Part shown: in pieces, positions 40,644 to 50,015 of the stretch
How positions within the stretch are numbered: position 1 is the first letter of the stretch
How the letters are laid out: every line of letters begins with the position of its first letter
Source of the DNA: Nitrospiraceae bacterium
GTDB lineage: Bacteria; Nitrospirota; Nitrospiria; Nitrospirales; Nitrospiraceae
Direction: 5' to 3'
DNA length: 64,000 nt
Assembly (NCBI GenBank): GCA_050246315.1
Contig: JBFWWG010000004.1
Span: forward strand, 192,001 to 256,000
Made by a program: the position numbers and the translations under genes
The notes under the pieces: model-generated
Databases searched by the model: none
What the model was told of the DNA's origin: nothing
Seen by the model: the letters and a program-made list of their open reading frames with translations, nothing else

Positions 40644-41243
40644 TCCACCGGTTCTGCCGTTCCTGTCTAGCGATCGCCTGATCCAACCGCCCAGAGTGAG
40701 TGTCAAAAACGATCGCTTGCATAGGTCTGTAATGCCCAAAATCACCCCTATCTAAAGACCCTATACCGTGACAACCGGCTCTAATTGTCACGCGCAGCGC
40801 CTTATGGTAGAGACACGGCGTGACGGAGATGGCAGTCACGATCGCCTCATCCGTTCATCCATCATGGCCGAACACCGCCCTTTCCAACGAGTGTGGAAAC
40901 CTTCGTTTATCCTGTCATCATAATACGTAGAACCGCGCGCCCGCTTGCGATGTCATTCACAATGTCCTAGGGAGAGATGCGTTCGTGCATTAACTCGGCT
41001 ACCCACGAAAGGGATTCCCTGCACCTCGACCGTTTCCTCTTCATCCACAAGGGGCCGACTGGTTTTCCGACATGCTGCCTCGTTGGCTGTTCGTACGATT
41101 CCCGATGATAAGAGGGGCCCAGTTGTCGCAGCGCATCTGAAGGAGCCGGCAATGGAAGCGCGTAAGAGAAACCCGCCGGCGGCATTTCTCCTGCAGTGGA
41201 GTGACGCCGACTAAGAATCAGTCTGACCAAACGGGTGAAAGGC

Positions 41244-41398
41244 AAGAAGGGCGTCGCCCGATGAACCGCCGGCTCTAGCAAAGCTTGGTATGGCGAGGGG
41301 GAAGGGAATCACGAACGGGGTTTCTCCGGCGGCGTCAATGAAGAAGGGCGTCGCCCGATGAGCCGCCGGCTCTAGCAAAGCTTGGTATGGAGGGGGGC
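41244..41398 (+). repeat. Tandem hairpin-module leader; 50-nt direct repeat, period 97
   Basis: 41244-41293 and 41341-41390 are identical at 49 of 50 positions; the second ends in GGAGG just before ATG 41399. Confidence 0.9.
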
Positions 41399-43117
41399 AT
41401 GGAACGTCGAACGGATCGCAGCCGTACTGTTTGCGCGTTGATGGCCACCGTCGCATGCGGCCTGGTGATGGGCTGTTCGGGTGGCGGCGACGGAGGATCA
41501 AGTGGAGCAAGTGCCGGGGGGGGGATTGCGTCTCCGACGAATTCAATCACCACGACCTCGCTCCCGGTGGGAGATGAAACACAGCCTTACTCTGCCACGC
41601 TGACCGCCTCGGGAACAGGGCCATTGACCTGGACCCTGGGCGGTACGCTGCCGCAGGGGCTCACGTTCAATGCCGCGGCCGGCACGATCGCGGGCACGCC
41701 CACCACGCCTACCTCCGTGCCGCTCTCCGTCAAAGTGACCGCACCGAACTGGAGTGATGCGAAGGACTATATGTTGACCATACGCTCCAAGACACACCGT
41801 GTCTCCGTCGTAACTGAGACGTTGGCCGAGAGCAATGGAGGCAGCGGCGACGGGACCAGGCTCACCAACGGTGTGCTCCTCGAGCGCAGTTTCGATCCAG
41901 CCATGAGCGGAACCGGGCGGTTCATAGTCTTCGATTCAGCTGCCACCAACTTGGTTCCCGGAGTGCTCGCGAACGGTAGGCGGCAGATCTACCTGCACGA
42001 CCGCGAGACCGGCATCACAGAGCTGATCTCGGTCGGTCCGGGGAAGGTCCCGGGCGACGACGATAGTTTCGTGGCCGCGGTCAGCGATGACGGGCAATTG
42101 GTCGCCTTCGACTCATTTGCCACCAACCTGATTGCCGGCGACACAAACGGCGCGCGGGATGTTTTCCTCCGCAATCGTGCCTCCGGCGTCACGGAACGAA
42201 TCTCACAAGGGGTCCAAGGCGCGCAGGGCATCTGTCCGAACTCGGGCGAGGGTTGCAACAGTTTTGACCCGGCGATGAGCGCGGATGGGAAGGTCATCGC
42301 CTTCGGCAGTTACGCGCGGTTGGTCCAGGACGACACCGACGACGGGACCGATATCTACGTCCTGGATCGGCGGGGTGCGCCGGTCTTGCGGCGGATTTCG
42401 GCCGGCCTCGGAGGAGCCCAGGCGAATATTCTCAACGGGAGCCCGGCGGTCAGCGCGGACGGCCAATTCGTCGCCTTTGCATCCAACGCGAGCAACCTCC
42501 TCGCTGGCGACTCGGCCGATATCATGACCGACATTTTCCGGTTCAGCCTGCAGACCGGCTCCTTGCGGAAGGTTTCCGTTCCGTCCGGCGGCGGGGCGCC
42601 GAATGGTGACAGTTTCGGCCCCTCGCTGAGCGGCGACGGGAGGTATGTGGCCTTCTGGTCACGCGCAGGCAACCTCCCGGCTGGACCGACGGATAGCGAC
42701 AGTATTGCCGATGTTTTTGTGGCGGATCTCCAGGGAGTACCCCCCTTAATCGTCAAACTGTCTGTCAATCTCAATTTGGTGTCCGGCAACGGAGACAGCC
42801 GGTACCCCTCAATCAGCCGAGACGGCCGTCTGGTGGCCTACGATTCCCTGGCCACCAATCTCGATCTTCTCACAAGCGATCTGAACGGTGTGCGGGATAT
42901 CCTCGTCATCGACCGCAGTTGTCTCTTTGACGCCACCTTCCCCTGCCTAGTGAAACGGGTGTCCGTCCACGGAAACGGCGGAGAATCAAATGGCGAGAGC
43001 CGTTTTCCGGCTATCAGCGGCGACGGCCGGTTCGTGGTGTACTATTCCGACGGATCGAGTCTCGTCGATGGGGATACGAACGGCGCAAGGGATGCGTTCG
43101 TCAGCCGGCGACCATAG
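41399..43117 (+). CDS. Lipoprotein with an Ig-like domain and TolB-like beta-propeller repeats
   Basis: Lipobox VMGC, Gly/Ser linker, LPQGLTF...GTIAGTPT, repeated S.DGR.VAF.S.A.NL and DTNGARDVF. Confidence 0.85.
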   Translation: MERRTDRSRTVCALMATVACGLVMGCSGGGDGGSSGASAGGGIASPTNSITTTSLPVGDETQPYSATLTASGTGPLTWTLGGTLPQGLTFNAAAGTIAGTPTTPTSVPLSVKVTAPNWSDAKDYMLTIRSKTHRVSVVTETLAESNGGSGDGTRLTNGVLLERSFDPAMSGTGRFIVFDSAATNLVPGVLANGRRQIYLHDRETGITELISVGPGKVPGDDDSFVAAVSDDGQLVAFDSFATNLIAGDTNGARDVFLRNRASGVTERISQGVQGAQGICPNSGEGCNSFDPAMSADGKVIAFGSYARLVQDDTDDGTDIYVLDRRGAPVLRRISAGLGGAQANILNGSPAVSADGQFVAFASNASNLLAGDSADIMTDIFRFSLQTGSLRKVSVPSGGGAPNGDSFGPSLSGDGRYVAFWSRAGNLPAGPTDSDSIADVFVADLQGVPPLIVKLSVNLNLVSGNGDSRYPSISRDGRLVAYDSLATNLDLLTSDLNGVRDILVIDRSCLFDATFPCLVKRVSVHGNGGESNGESRFPAISGDGRFVVYYSDGSSLVDGDTNGARDAFVSRRP

Positions 43118-43267
43118 CCGAAACCCGATCGTTCGGTCGATCCCGTGAGCGAGCGATTCACGAGTCCGTCGAGTTTTCTTCCGCCTTCATCCTTCTATCG
43201 ATCTCCGCAGCGCCCGGCATTCGTCAGCGGACGACCGCCTGCATCGTTATGGAAAGCCGTAACGGCC

Positions 43268-43774
43268 TCAGCCCTCTGCCTGCCGGCGTGAGAGGCCCAG
43301 CGCCATTCGTACTTGTCGGACGATGTCGTCCGGGCTTTGTGTTGCCTCGATCAGAAGCGCATCGACCGGCTCCTCCAGCACTGCATACTGACTGGCCAAC
43401 AATTCGTCCGGGAAGAAGTGTCCGGATCGACCCTTGAGCCGTTGAGCGATCAACGAATAGGGGGCGGCGAGATAGACCAGCCGGACAAGGGCGGGATCGA
43501 CAACCAACCTGGCTCGATAGCTCGCTTTCAGCGCGGAGCAAGCCAGGACGACATCGCGGTTCGAGGCTAGCCAGATCCCGATCTCCTCATGGAGCCGCCG
43601 GAGCCAAGGCTCTCGGTCTTCATCGGTCAGGGCGAGACCTCGGTGCATCTTGTCGAGGTTGGACTGCGGATGGCGATCGTCTCCATCCACAAAACTCCAC
43701 TCCAACGAGTCGGCCAGGAGGCGGCCGATCGTCGTCTTGCCCGATCCCGAGACACCCATGATGATGACAACCAT
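43268..43774 (-). CDS. gntK: Gluconokinase (GntK/IdnK type)
   Basis: MGVSGSGKTT, DGDDRHP, LTDEDREPWL, ACSALK, GHFF, LLASQ..LEEP. Confidence 0.92.
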   Translation of the reverse strand: MVVIIMGVSGSGKTTIGRLLADSLEWSFVDGDDRHPQSNLDKMHRGLALTDEDREPWLRRLHEEIGIWLASNRDVVLACSALKASYRARLVVDPALVRLVYLAAPYSLIAQRLKGRSGHFFPDELLASQYAVLEEPVDALLIEATQSPDDIVRQVRMALGLSRRQAEG

Positions 43775-44024
43775 GCTTTTCGCTCACGAGGCTTTCGACC
43801 GATCCGGGCTCGATGCTCACGGCTGTGCCGAGTCGGAGGCAGTGTACCGGAATGAGGCACGATCAAGAAGCTCGATTGCACAAGCGGCTCGACCGGCTTG
43901 CAGAACGGGACCGGTGTCGTTTATGGTCAAGTCCGGTCCGGCGCCTACCTCCCTCCGCCTTTCTATGGAACCGAGGCGGGTGGGTCGGTGGCCCGTCGTC
44001 TCGCTGCTCGGGTCAGGGGACAAA

Positions 44025-45464
44025 ATGGACAAGCTGTGCCAGCGACCGGTCTCGTTGCTGTTGATTGCCGCCATTGCCAGTCTGCTTCAGGGTTGCGAGG
44101 AGACCCAAAAGGCAGACTCCCCGGCTGAGGGCACGACGGATCGGGTGTCGATTTCAGACGGACGGGTGCTCCAAGCCAACGGCGGCAGTGGAGACAGCAC
44201 CCGCACGACGATCGGCGTGGCGGACCTTACCAGCCCCGGGCCAGGCATCAGCGCGGACGGCCGTTTCGTGGTGTTCGACTCGACAGCCACCAACCTGGTT
44301 CCGGGAGCGAACACCAATGGAAGGCGGCAGGTCTACTTGCACGATCGGCTTACCGGTCAGACGGAACTAATCTCGGTCGGCTCGAACGGAATTTCCGGCA
44401 ATGATGACAGCGCCTCTCCGGTAGTCACCGATGACGGCGACACGATCGTGTTCGAATCCTTCGCCAGCAATCTTGTCTTCAACGACACCAACAACGCCCG
44501 GGACATCTTTCTTCGCCGACGGCAGGCGCGGGTGACCGAGCGGGTCTCACAAACCGCGCAAGGTCTTCAAGGGATCTGTCCTTCCGCCGGAGAAGGCTGC
44601 CGCAGTTACGATCCGGCGATCAACGCCGACGGGTCCATCATCGCGTTCGGATCGAACGCCCGGTTGACGCCGGAGGATCTCGACAACGGTCCGGACATTT
44701 ATGTGCTGGATCGGAGCAGCGGACCGACGTTACGGCGCATCACCGCGCCGCTGGGACCTCCTCAAGCCGGCTCGACCCCCGGCAGTCCGGCGGTCAGCGC
44801 CGACGGACTCTTCATCGCCTTCGCCTCGAACGCGACGAACTTGATCACCGGCGAGCCGTTCGACGGGGTGTACGATGTCTACCGGCACGATCGCCTGGCC
44901 AATACGCTGCGAAAGGTCTCGGTGCCGGCCAGCGGACTTACGGCGGACGGCGACAGCCATGGTCCATCGCTCAGCGGCGACGGGCGGTTTGTCGCCTTCT
45001 GGTCCAGAGCCAGCAACCTCTTGCCCGGCCCGCCGCGGGATACCGGATTCGCTGAGATCTTTGTCGCCGACATGCAGCAGCCGGTCCCGTCCCTCAGCCG
45101 CACCGCCTTGGGCCTGTTCAACCAGCCACCCAACGGCGACAGCCAGTTTCCATCAATCAGTCGGGACGGCCGCTTTGTGGCCTTTCTTTCGCAGGCAGAT
45201 AATTTAGTGCCGGCCGGGGTGGACGGAAACAACTTCCGCGACGTGTATCGGGCAGATCGGAATTGCGTCCTGGCGCCGCCCCAGGCCTGCGAGGTCATTC
45301 GGATCTCGATCGCCATCTCCAACCGTGACGTGGACGGCAACAGCTACGCCCCGGTGATTGCCGCAGACCCGCGCATCATCGCGTTCTATTCGGACGCCAC
45401 CAACCTTGTGCCCAACGACACGAATAACTTCCGCGATGCGTTCGTGCGCCTGCTCCAGCAATGA
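44025..45464 (+). CDS. TolB-like beta-propeller lipoprotein, paralog of 41399-43117
   Basis: Lipobox LQGC after ATG 44025; same repeats and Cys pairs as the paralog. Confidence 0.85.
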   Translation: MDKLCQRPVSLLLIAAIASLLQGCEETQKADSPAEGTTDRVSISDGRVLQANGGSGDSTRTTIGVADLTSPGPGISADGRFVVFDSTATNLVPGANTNGRRQVYLHDRLTGQTELISVGSNGISGNDDSASPVVTDDGDTIVFESFASNLVFNDTNNARDIFLRRRQARVTERVSQTAQGLQGICPSAGEGCRSYDPAINADGSIIAFGSNARLTPEDLDNGPDIYVLDRSSGPTLRRITAPLGPPQAGSTPGSPAVSADGLFIAFASNATNLITGEPFDGVYDVYRHDRLANTLRKVSVPASGLTADGDSHGPSLSGDGRFVAFWSRASNLLPGPPRDTGFAEIFVADMQQPVPSLSRTALGLFNQPPNGDSQFPSISRDGRFVAFLSQADNLVPAGVDGNNFRDVYRADRNCVLAPPQACEVIRISIAISNRDVDGNSYAPVIAADPRIIAFYSDATNLVPNDTNNFRDAFVRLLQQ

Positions 45465-45526
45465 CCGGCGGGACCCGACGCGCTCGCCTCACGACGAGGC
45501 AAGTGGAGAGGGAACGGGCGGGCTGC

Positions 45527-46366
45527 CTATAACCCGATCGTTTCAATCCGCTGGAGTTCGGCAGGGGTGAGCGTGAATCGGTCGGCTTGGAGGTCGTCGT
45601 TCATGTGTTGCGGGTTCGTGGTGCCCGTCAGCGGAAGCATCCCGATCTGCATGGCGAAACGAAAGACGATCTGGGCCATCCCGACGCCGTAGCGCGCCGC
45701 CATCGCACGGATGTCCGGATCGACAAATACCTCCCGATTGGCTGTCAGCAGCGAAAAGCCTTGGTAGATAATCCGGTGAGCACGGCAGATCTCGCGCACA
45801 TCGTGGTCCCAGCCGAGCGCCGCATAACAGCGGTTCTGCACGACCGTCGGCTTATGCGTCGCCCGTTCACAGAGTAACGCCAACTGCTCGGCCGAGACAT
45901 TGCTGATACCGATCATCTTGGTCTGGCCTGATTCGTAGAGCCCTTCAATCGCCTTCCACACCTCCCAATCCGCCTCCCCCAATCCTCGGCGCTGATAGGG
46001 GCCATGCAAGACATACGAGTCCAGGTAATCGGTATGGAGATGGGCCAACGAACTGTCGAAGGATTGCCGCACTTGGGTGGTCAGGTCGGCCTTGGGATCA
46101 TACGGCATGCGATGGTCTTGGCCGTTCGCCGGAGTGAACTTCGTTTGAAGAAACAGCCGTTCGCGCGACGTCCCCTGCTGTGCAAGGGTGTGCAACGCCT
46201 CCCCGACCCTCGCCTCTTCGTAATGGATCAACTGATTCGCCGTGTCGATCGCCGTAAAGCCCGCCGACACGGCATCCAGCACCAGCCTGGTCGTCGCCTC
46301 CTTCTTCCAAGCCGTACCGTACATGAAGGATGGAATCGACACACCATTGTAGGCAGTCAACATCAT
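45527..46366 (-). CDS. Aldo/keto reductase
   Basis: YGTAW, IDTA, LFLQTKF, YLDSYVLHGP, IGISN, VQNR. Confidence 0.9.
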   Translation of the reverse strand: MMLTAYNGVSIPSFMYGTAWKKEATTRLVLDAVSAGFTAIDTANQLIHYEEARVGEALHTLAQQGTSRERLFLQTKFTPANGQDHRMPYDPKADLTTQVRQSFDSSLAHLHTDYLDSYVLHGPYQRRGLGEADWEVWKAIEGLYESGQTKMIGISNVSAEQLALLCERATHKPTVVQNRCYAALGWDHDVREICRAHRIIYQGFSLLTANREVFVDPDIRAMAARYGVGMAQIVFRFAMQIGMLPLTGTTNPQHMNDDLQADRFTLTPAELQRIETIGL

Positions 46367-46491
46367 GATCAAGCCTCCCCACCCTATCGTTACCCGGTTC
46401 GCCTCCGCCCTGTCCAGTCATCCAGGAACGGATCGACCGAACTCTCGCCCGCTCGGATTTGGAGAACGCATGCATGCTATCATGCGGGATC

Positions 46492-46797
46492 ATGTCGCTC
46501 GAGCCCTCATCTCATCTGCCCGGCGGCTTTCAAGTTCGGCATCAAACGCTGGGGATCTATCAGGGCAGCGCGATCGAGCTGGCGTTTTGGCAACCGTCGT
46601 CCGGCATGCCGGAGTATGGCCTCTGCCGGTTTGCGACGCAGGAAAAGGCCCAGGCGTTCATCGACTTCCTCTGTTCCTCCGCCTGCGCAGAACCGCTGGA
46701 TCAGGCCGACCTGGCCATCGAACCCTACGATCTGGCGGAACACGAGCGATTGATCAATGAGCATCCGCTCTCGTCCGCTTGGGAAACACCGATCTGA
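46492..46797 (+). CDS. Hypothetical protein
   Basis: Protein-like ORF (FWQPSSGMPEYG...). Start uncertain (46459-46492). Confidence 0.55.
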   Translation: MSLEPSSHLPGGFQVRHQTLGIYQGSAIELAFWQPSSGMPEYGLCRFATQEKAQAFIDFLCSSACAEPLDQADLAIEPYDLAEHERLINEHPLSSAWETPI

Positions 46798-47152
46798 GAC
46801 CGATTGGGTCATCCGCGCACGAACGACCGACTTCAGCGGATGACGCCAACAGGTTGCGTTGATTCGATTTTGATGACGTGCGGGTGAGCCTCGGAGGCCC
46901 ATTCCGGGTACAGATCGTCGAGATAGCTCAGCACCTCGGCTTCGGACATTGCCGGCGAGGCGGCAAACTCTTGCACCCGCCGTTTCTTACCTTCGTTCCC
47001 CGAGCAGAAACAGTTGTCATCCTCCCTCCGTGCGCACGGGTTGCGCCATTCGCCCGAACAGAGCGATCAGGATTGGGTGGGACATGAGGGACTCAGCACA
47101 TGGACAACGGTCCGGGACGATGCGAGCATCGAGGCGAAAGCCGTCCGTGCGC

Positions 47153-47413
47153 CTACTCCGATTCCTGCTCAAACCCGGCCCTGATGGAGCGGAACCGACG
47201 AATACCGACCGCCAAGAATCCGGCGCCCGCCGCCAGAGACAGCCAGCCTAACCCCTGAAGCACAGGCTGTTCCATCCACCAGACGGCCGGCACGCCGACC
47301 ACGACGAATCCCAGTGCAGTCCTGACATAGGCCAGTAACGTGCGCTCATTCGCCAGCTCGGTTCGTCGCCGTGCCAGTCGGTCGCGAACCTCTGTGTTCA
47401 ATCCATCCGGCAT
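47153..47413 (-). CDS. DUF202 (YidH-like) membrane protein
   Basis: RD.LARRRTELANERTLLAYVRT followed by two TM helices. Confidence 0.88.
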   Translation of the reverse strand: MPDGLNTEVRDRLARRRTELANERTLLAYVRTALGFVVVGVPAVWWMEQPVLQGLGWLSLAAGAGFLAVGIRRFRSIRAGFEQESE

Positions 47414-47739
47414 GATGTTCAGGGAACCTCGCCGGCACGATAGCCGATCAGTCTGTGAAGCTCAACCGATCCACAATGGCCTGACCGGACTGTGAAGTCG
47501 GTTGGCTGCAGGGATGATCCTTTGACAGACCGAAGGGGAACGTGCAAGATGATCTGTCCCTCCCAGCACGAGGCCAGGACATGAATCCTGGGGAAGTGTC
47601 AGCGAATCCCACCAGGCTGAGTCGTTCCGGGACTCCACGATGCCCTCGTGGCCGCCATCGGCCATGAGGGCGTTTCTCCATACGGGCAGGCCCCCCATTG
47701 AGTGTTGAATTTCCATCCCACCATACAAGGAGGCATGTC

Positions 47740-47964
47740 ATGAGGCTGCTTCTCAGTCTACTGATTGCACTCGCAACTTGGTTGCCGAGCAATTCTTTCG
47801 CAGAAGGCGCCGGAGGAGGATATCGCGGCATCGCTCAATTGTATTACTTCCTCATGTGGGCCATCTTGTGTTACGGCACGTATGACACCTTCGGGAAGAA
47901 AGTCATGTATGTGGCGGCCCCGCTCCTGGCGGTCGGACTGTACATGATGCTTCCGGCCCATTAA
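47740..47964 (+). CDS. Small membrane protein (74 aa)
   Basis: Strong RBS AAGGAGG, signal-like N-terminus, two hydrophobic segments, downstream hairpin. Confidence 0.75.
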   Translation: MRLLLSLLIALATWLPSNSFAEGAGGGYRGIAQLYYFLMWAILCYGTYDTFGKKVMYVAAPLLAVGLYMMLPAH

Positions 47965-47980
47965 GTCCGATTCCTCGCAA

Positions 47981-48017
47981 GGCCCTGAGAGGAGGACTCG
48001 TCTTTCTCTCAGGGTCC
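47981..48017. terminator. Hairpin between convergent genes
   Basis: CCCTGAGAG...CTCTCAGGG inverted repeat, without a clear U-tract. Confidence 0.45.
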
Positions 48018-48097
48018 TCCGACAATCCGTCTAGTGGGGTATTGATCCTACCCATTCTCCATGATCAATTCCTCATGTCCCATTTCTTCTGTCCCTC

Positions 48098-49720
48098 CTA
48101 CCCGGCCGCGGCCGCCCGGTCCGCTTCTTCCAGCGACCGGAACTGAAGGGCCGGATGGTCCTTCACACAATAGGCCAGCATATGTTCCGAGACAAATAGC
48201 ACGACCAGGCGTCCCTCCCGGTCGGTGAGCCGGAGCGTATCCATCGGCCAATAGACGCGCGCCACGGCCGCGGGGTCGCCGCTGATCCAACGCGCACACA
48301 CATACGGCAAGCGCTCGACGGAGGCTTTGACCCCGTACTCGCTCTGAAGGCGGGAAACGACCACATCGAATTGAAGATCGCCCACGGCAGCCAGGATCGG
48401 CTCCCGGCGGACCTGATCGGGCGCCAACAGCACCTGCATGACCCCTTCCTCCTCCAGTTGGCGAAGCCCCTTCTGAAACTGCTTGTGCTTCGAGATATCC
48501 GGGCTGTGCAACCGGCCGAAGCACTCGGGCGCAAACTTCGGAATCGGATCGAAATTCAACGGGCCTGCCGAACAGAGCGTGTCGCCGATGGCAAAGAGGC
48601 CCGGATTGACGAGCCCCACCACATCGCCCGGGTACGCCTCGTCGATCGTCTCTCGGTCCCGGCCGAACAGCCGATGCGGCCTGGTCATCCGGATCTTCCG
48701 GCCCAATCGAGCATGATAGACCATCATGTCCTTTTCAAAGCGGCCCGAGCAGACCCGCAGGAACGCCATCCGATCCCGATGCTGTGGGTCCATATTGGCC
48801 TGAATCTTGAACACGAATCCGGAAAATGCCTCGTCGGTCGGTTGCACGGGCCGTTGCGTGCTCACGCGCGGCCCCGGTGGCGGCGCGAGGTGGAGAAACG
48901 CGTCCAGGAAGGGCTCAACGCCGAAATTCGTGAGCGCACTCCCGAAGAAGACCGGGGTGAGTTCTCCCGCAAGAAACCGATCCTGATCGAATGCCGTACC
49001 GGCGCCCGACAGCAACGCGATCTCCTCTTGAAGCGGACCGTAGGCCTCCCCCAAGGTCGTGGCCAGACTTGGATGTGGAAACGACTCCACCCGCATCGGC
49101 GCCTTCCGCTGATTGTGGGCCGTCCGTTGGAAAAACAGCACCCGCGGTTCACGCAGATCGAAGAGTCCTTGAAAGGCAGATCCTTCCCCGATGGGCCAAT
49201 TGAAGGGCACGGCCGTGAGCCCCAAAGTCTGCTCAATCTCGTGAAGCAGATCGAACGGATGCCGGCCCGGCTGATCCATCTTGTTGATGAAGGTCAAGAT
49301 CGGAATCCCGCGCCGCCGGCAGACGGTGAAGAGCTTCTTCGTCTGCGGCTCGATGCCCTTGGCACTGTCGAGCACCATTACCGCGCTGTCCACCGCCATG
49401 AGGGTCCGGTAGGTGTCCTCACTGAAGTCCTGGTGCCCCGGAGTGTCGAGCAGGTTGATCAGCACGCCTTGATATTCAAACTGGAGCATGGTCGATGTGA
49501 TGGAGATCCCGCGCGCCTGCTCCAGTTCCATCCAGTCCGAAGTCGCTCGGCGTTGATGAGATCGCGCATGGACGGCGCCGGCCAGGTGCAGCGCCCCGGC
49601 ATACAGCAGCAATTTCTCCGTCAGCGTGGTCTTTCCCGCGTCGGGGTGCGAGATAATGGCGAAGGTGCGCCGCCGGAGCACCTCCCGCGATAAGTCGTCA
49701 TCCACTGTTTTGGCGATCAT
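48098..49720 (-). CDS. prfC: Peptide chain release factor 3
   Basis: RRRTFAIISHPDAGKTTLTEKLL, DTPGHQDFSEDTYR, NKMD, FKIQANMDP.HRDR. Confidence 0.97.
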   Translation of the reverse strand: MIAKTVDDDLSREVLRRRTFAIISHPDAGKTTLTEKLLLYAGALHLAGAVHARSHQRRATSDWMELEQARGISITSTMLQFEYQGVLINLLDTPGHQDFSEDTYRTLMAVDSAVMVLDSAKGIEPQTKKLFTVCRRRGIPILTFINKMDQPGRHPFDLLHEIEQTLGLTAVPFNWPIGEGSAFQGLFDLREPRVLFFQRTAHNQRKAPMRVESFPHPSLATTLGEAYGPLQEEIALLSGAGTAFDQDRFLAGELTPVFFGSALTNFGVEPFLDAFLHLAPPPGPRVSTQRPVQPTDEAFSGFVFKIQANMDPQHRDRMAFLRVCSGRFEKDMMVYHARLGRKIRMTRPHRLFGRDRETIDEAYPGDVVGLVNPGLFAIGDTLCSAGPLNFDPIPKFAPECFGRLHSPDISKHKQFQKGLRQLEEEGVMQVLLAPDQVRREPILAAVGDLQFDVVVSRLQSEYGVKASVERLPYVCARWISGDPAAVARVYWPMDTLRLTDREGRLVVLFVSEHMLAYCVKDHPALQFRSLEEADRAAAAG

Positions 49721-50015
49721 GGCCGACCGAATCCTTCCGTAGCTGGTTCAATGAGCTCAATCAGGCAGTATACGACAAGAGAATGCCGGCGAAACGCCTG
49801 CTGCCACCGCTTCCGGTCTTTGATCGGATGTGATCAGGCGGGATGGTCCAAACGAGAGAATTGTGACGTGCCTGTCAGCCCGAGTCGCGTGCCCGATCCG
49901 ATATCCCAAGGATACTCGATGGCCGGACCGCCTGCAACGTCACAGAAGATTGTCGCGGTCCGATGAGCCTCCCTCAGCACCGAGACGTGACGGCGCCGTT
50001 CTGCTGCCGAATGAT

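Noticed and set aside
41244..41390. CRISPR array from the 50-nt direct repeat
   Set aside because: Only two units; the intervening sequence is itself conserved at other loci; no cas genes in the window.
43650..44024. N-terminal extensions in the ORF track (also those starting at 11702, 15415, 20817, 53700, 55838 and 57894)
   Set aside because: They overlap neighbouring genes; downstream starts fit RBS, lipobox or family N-termini better.
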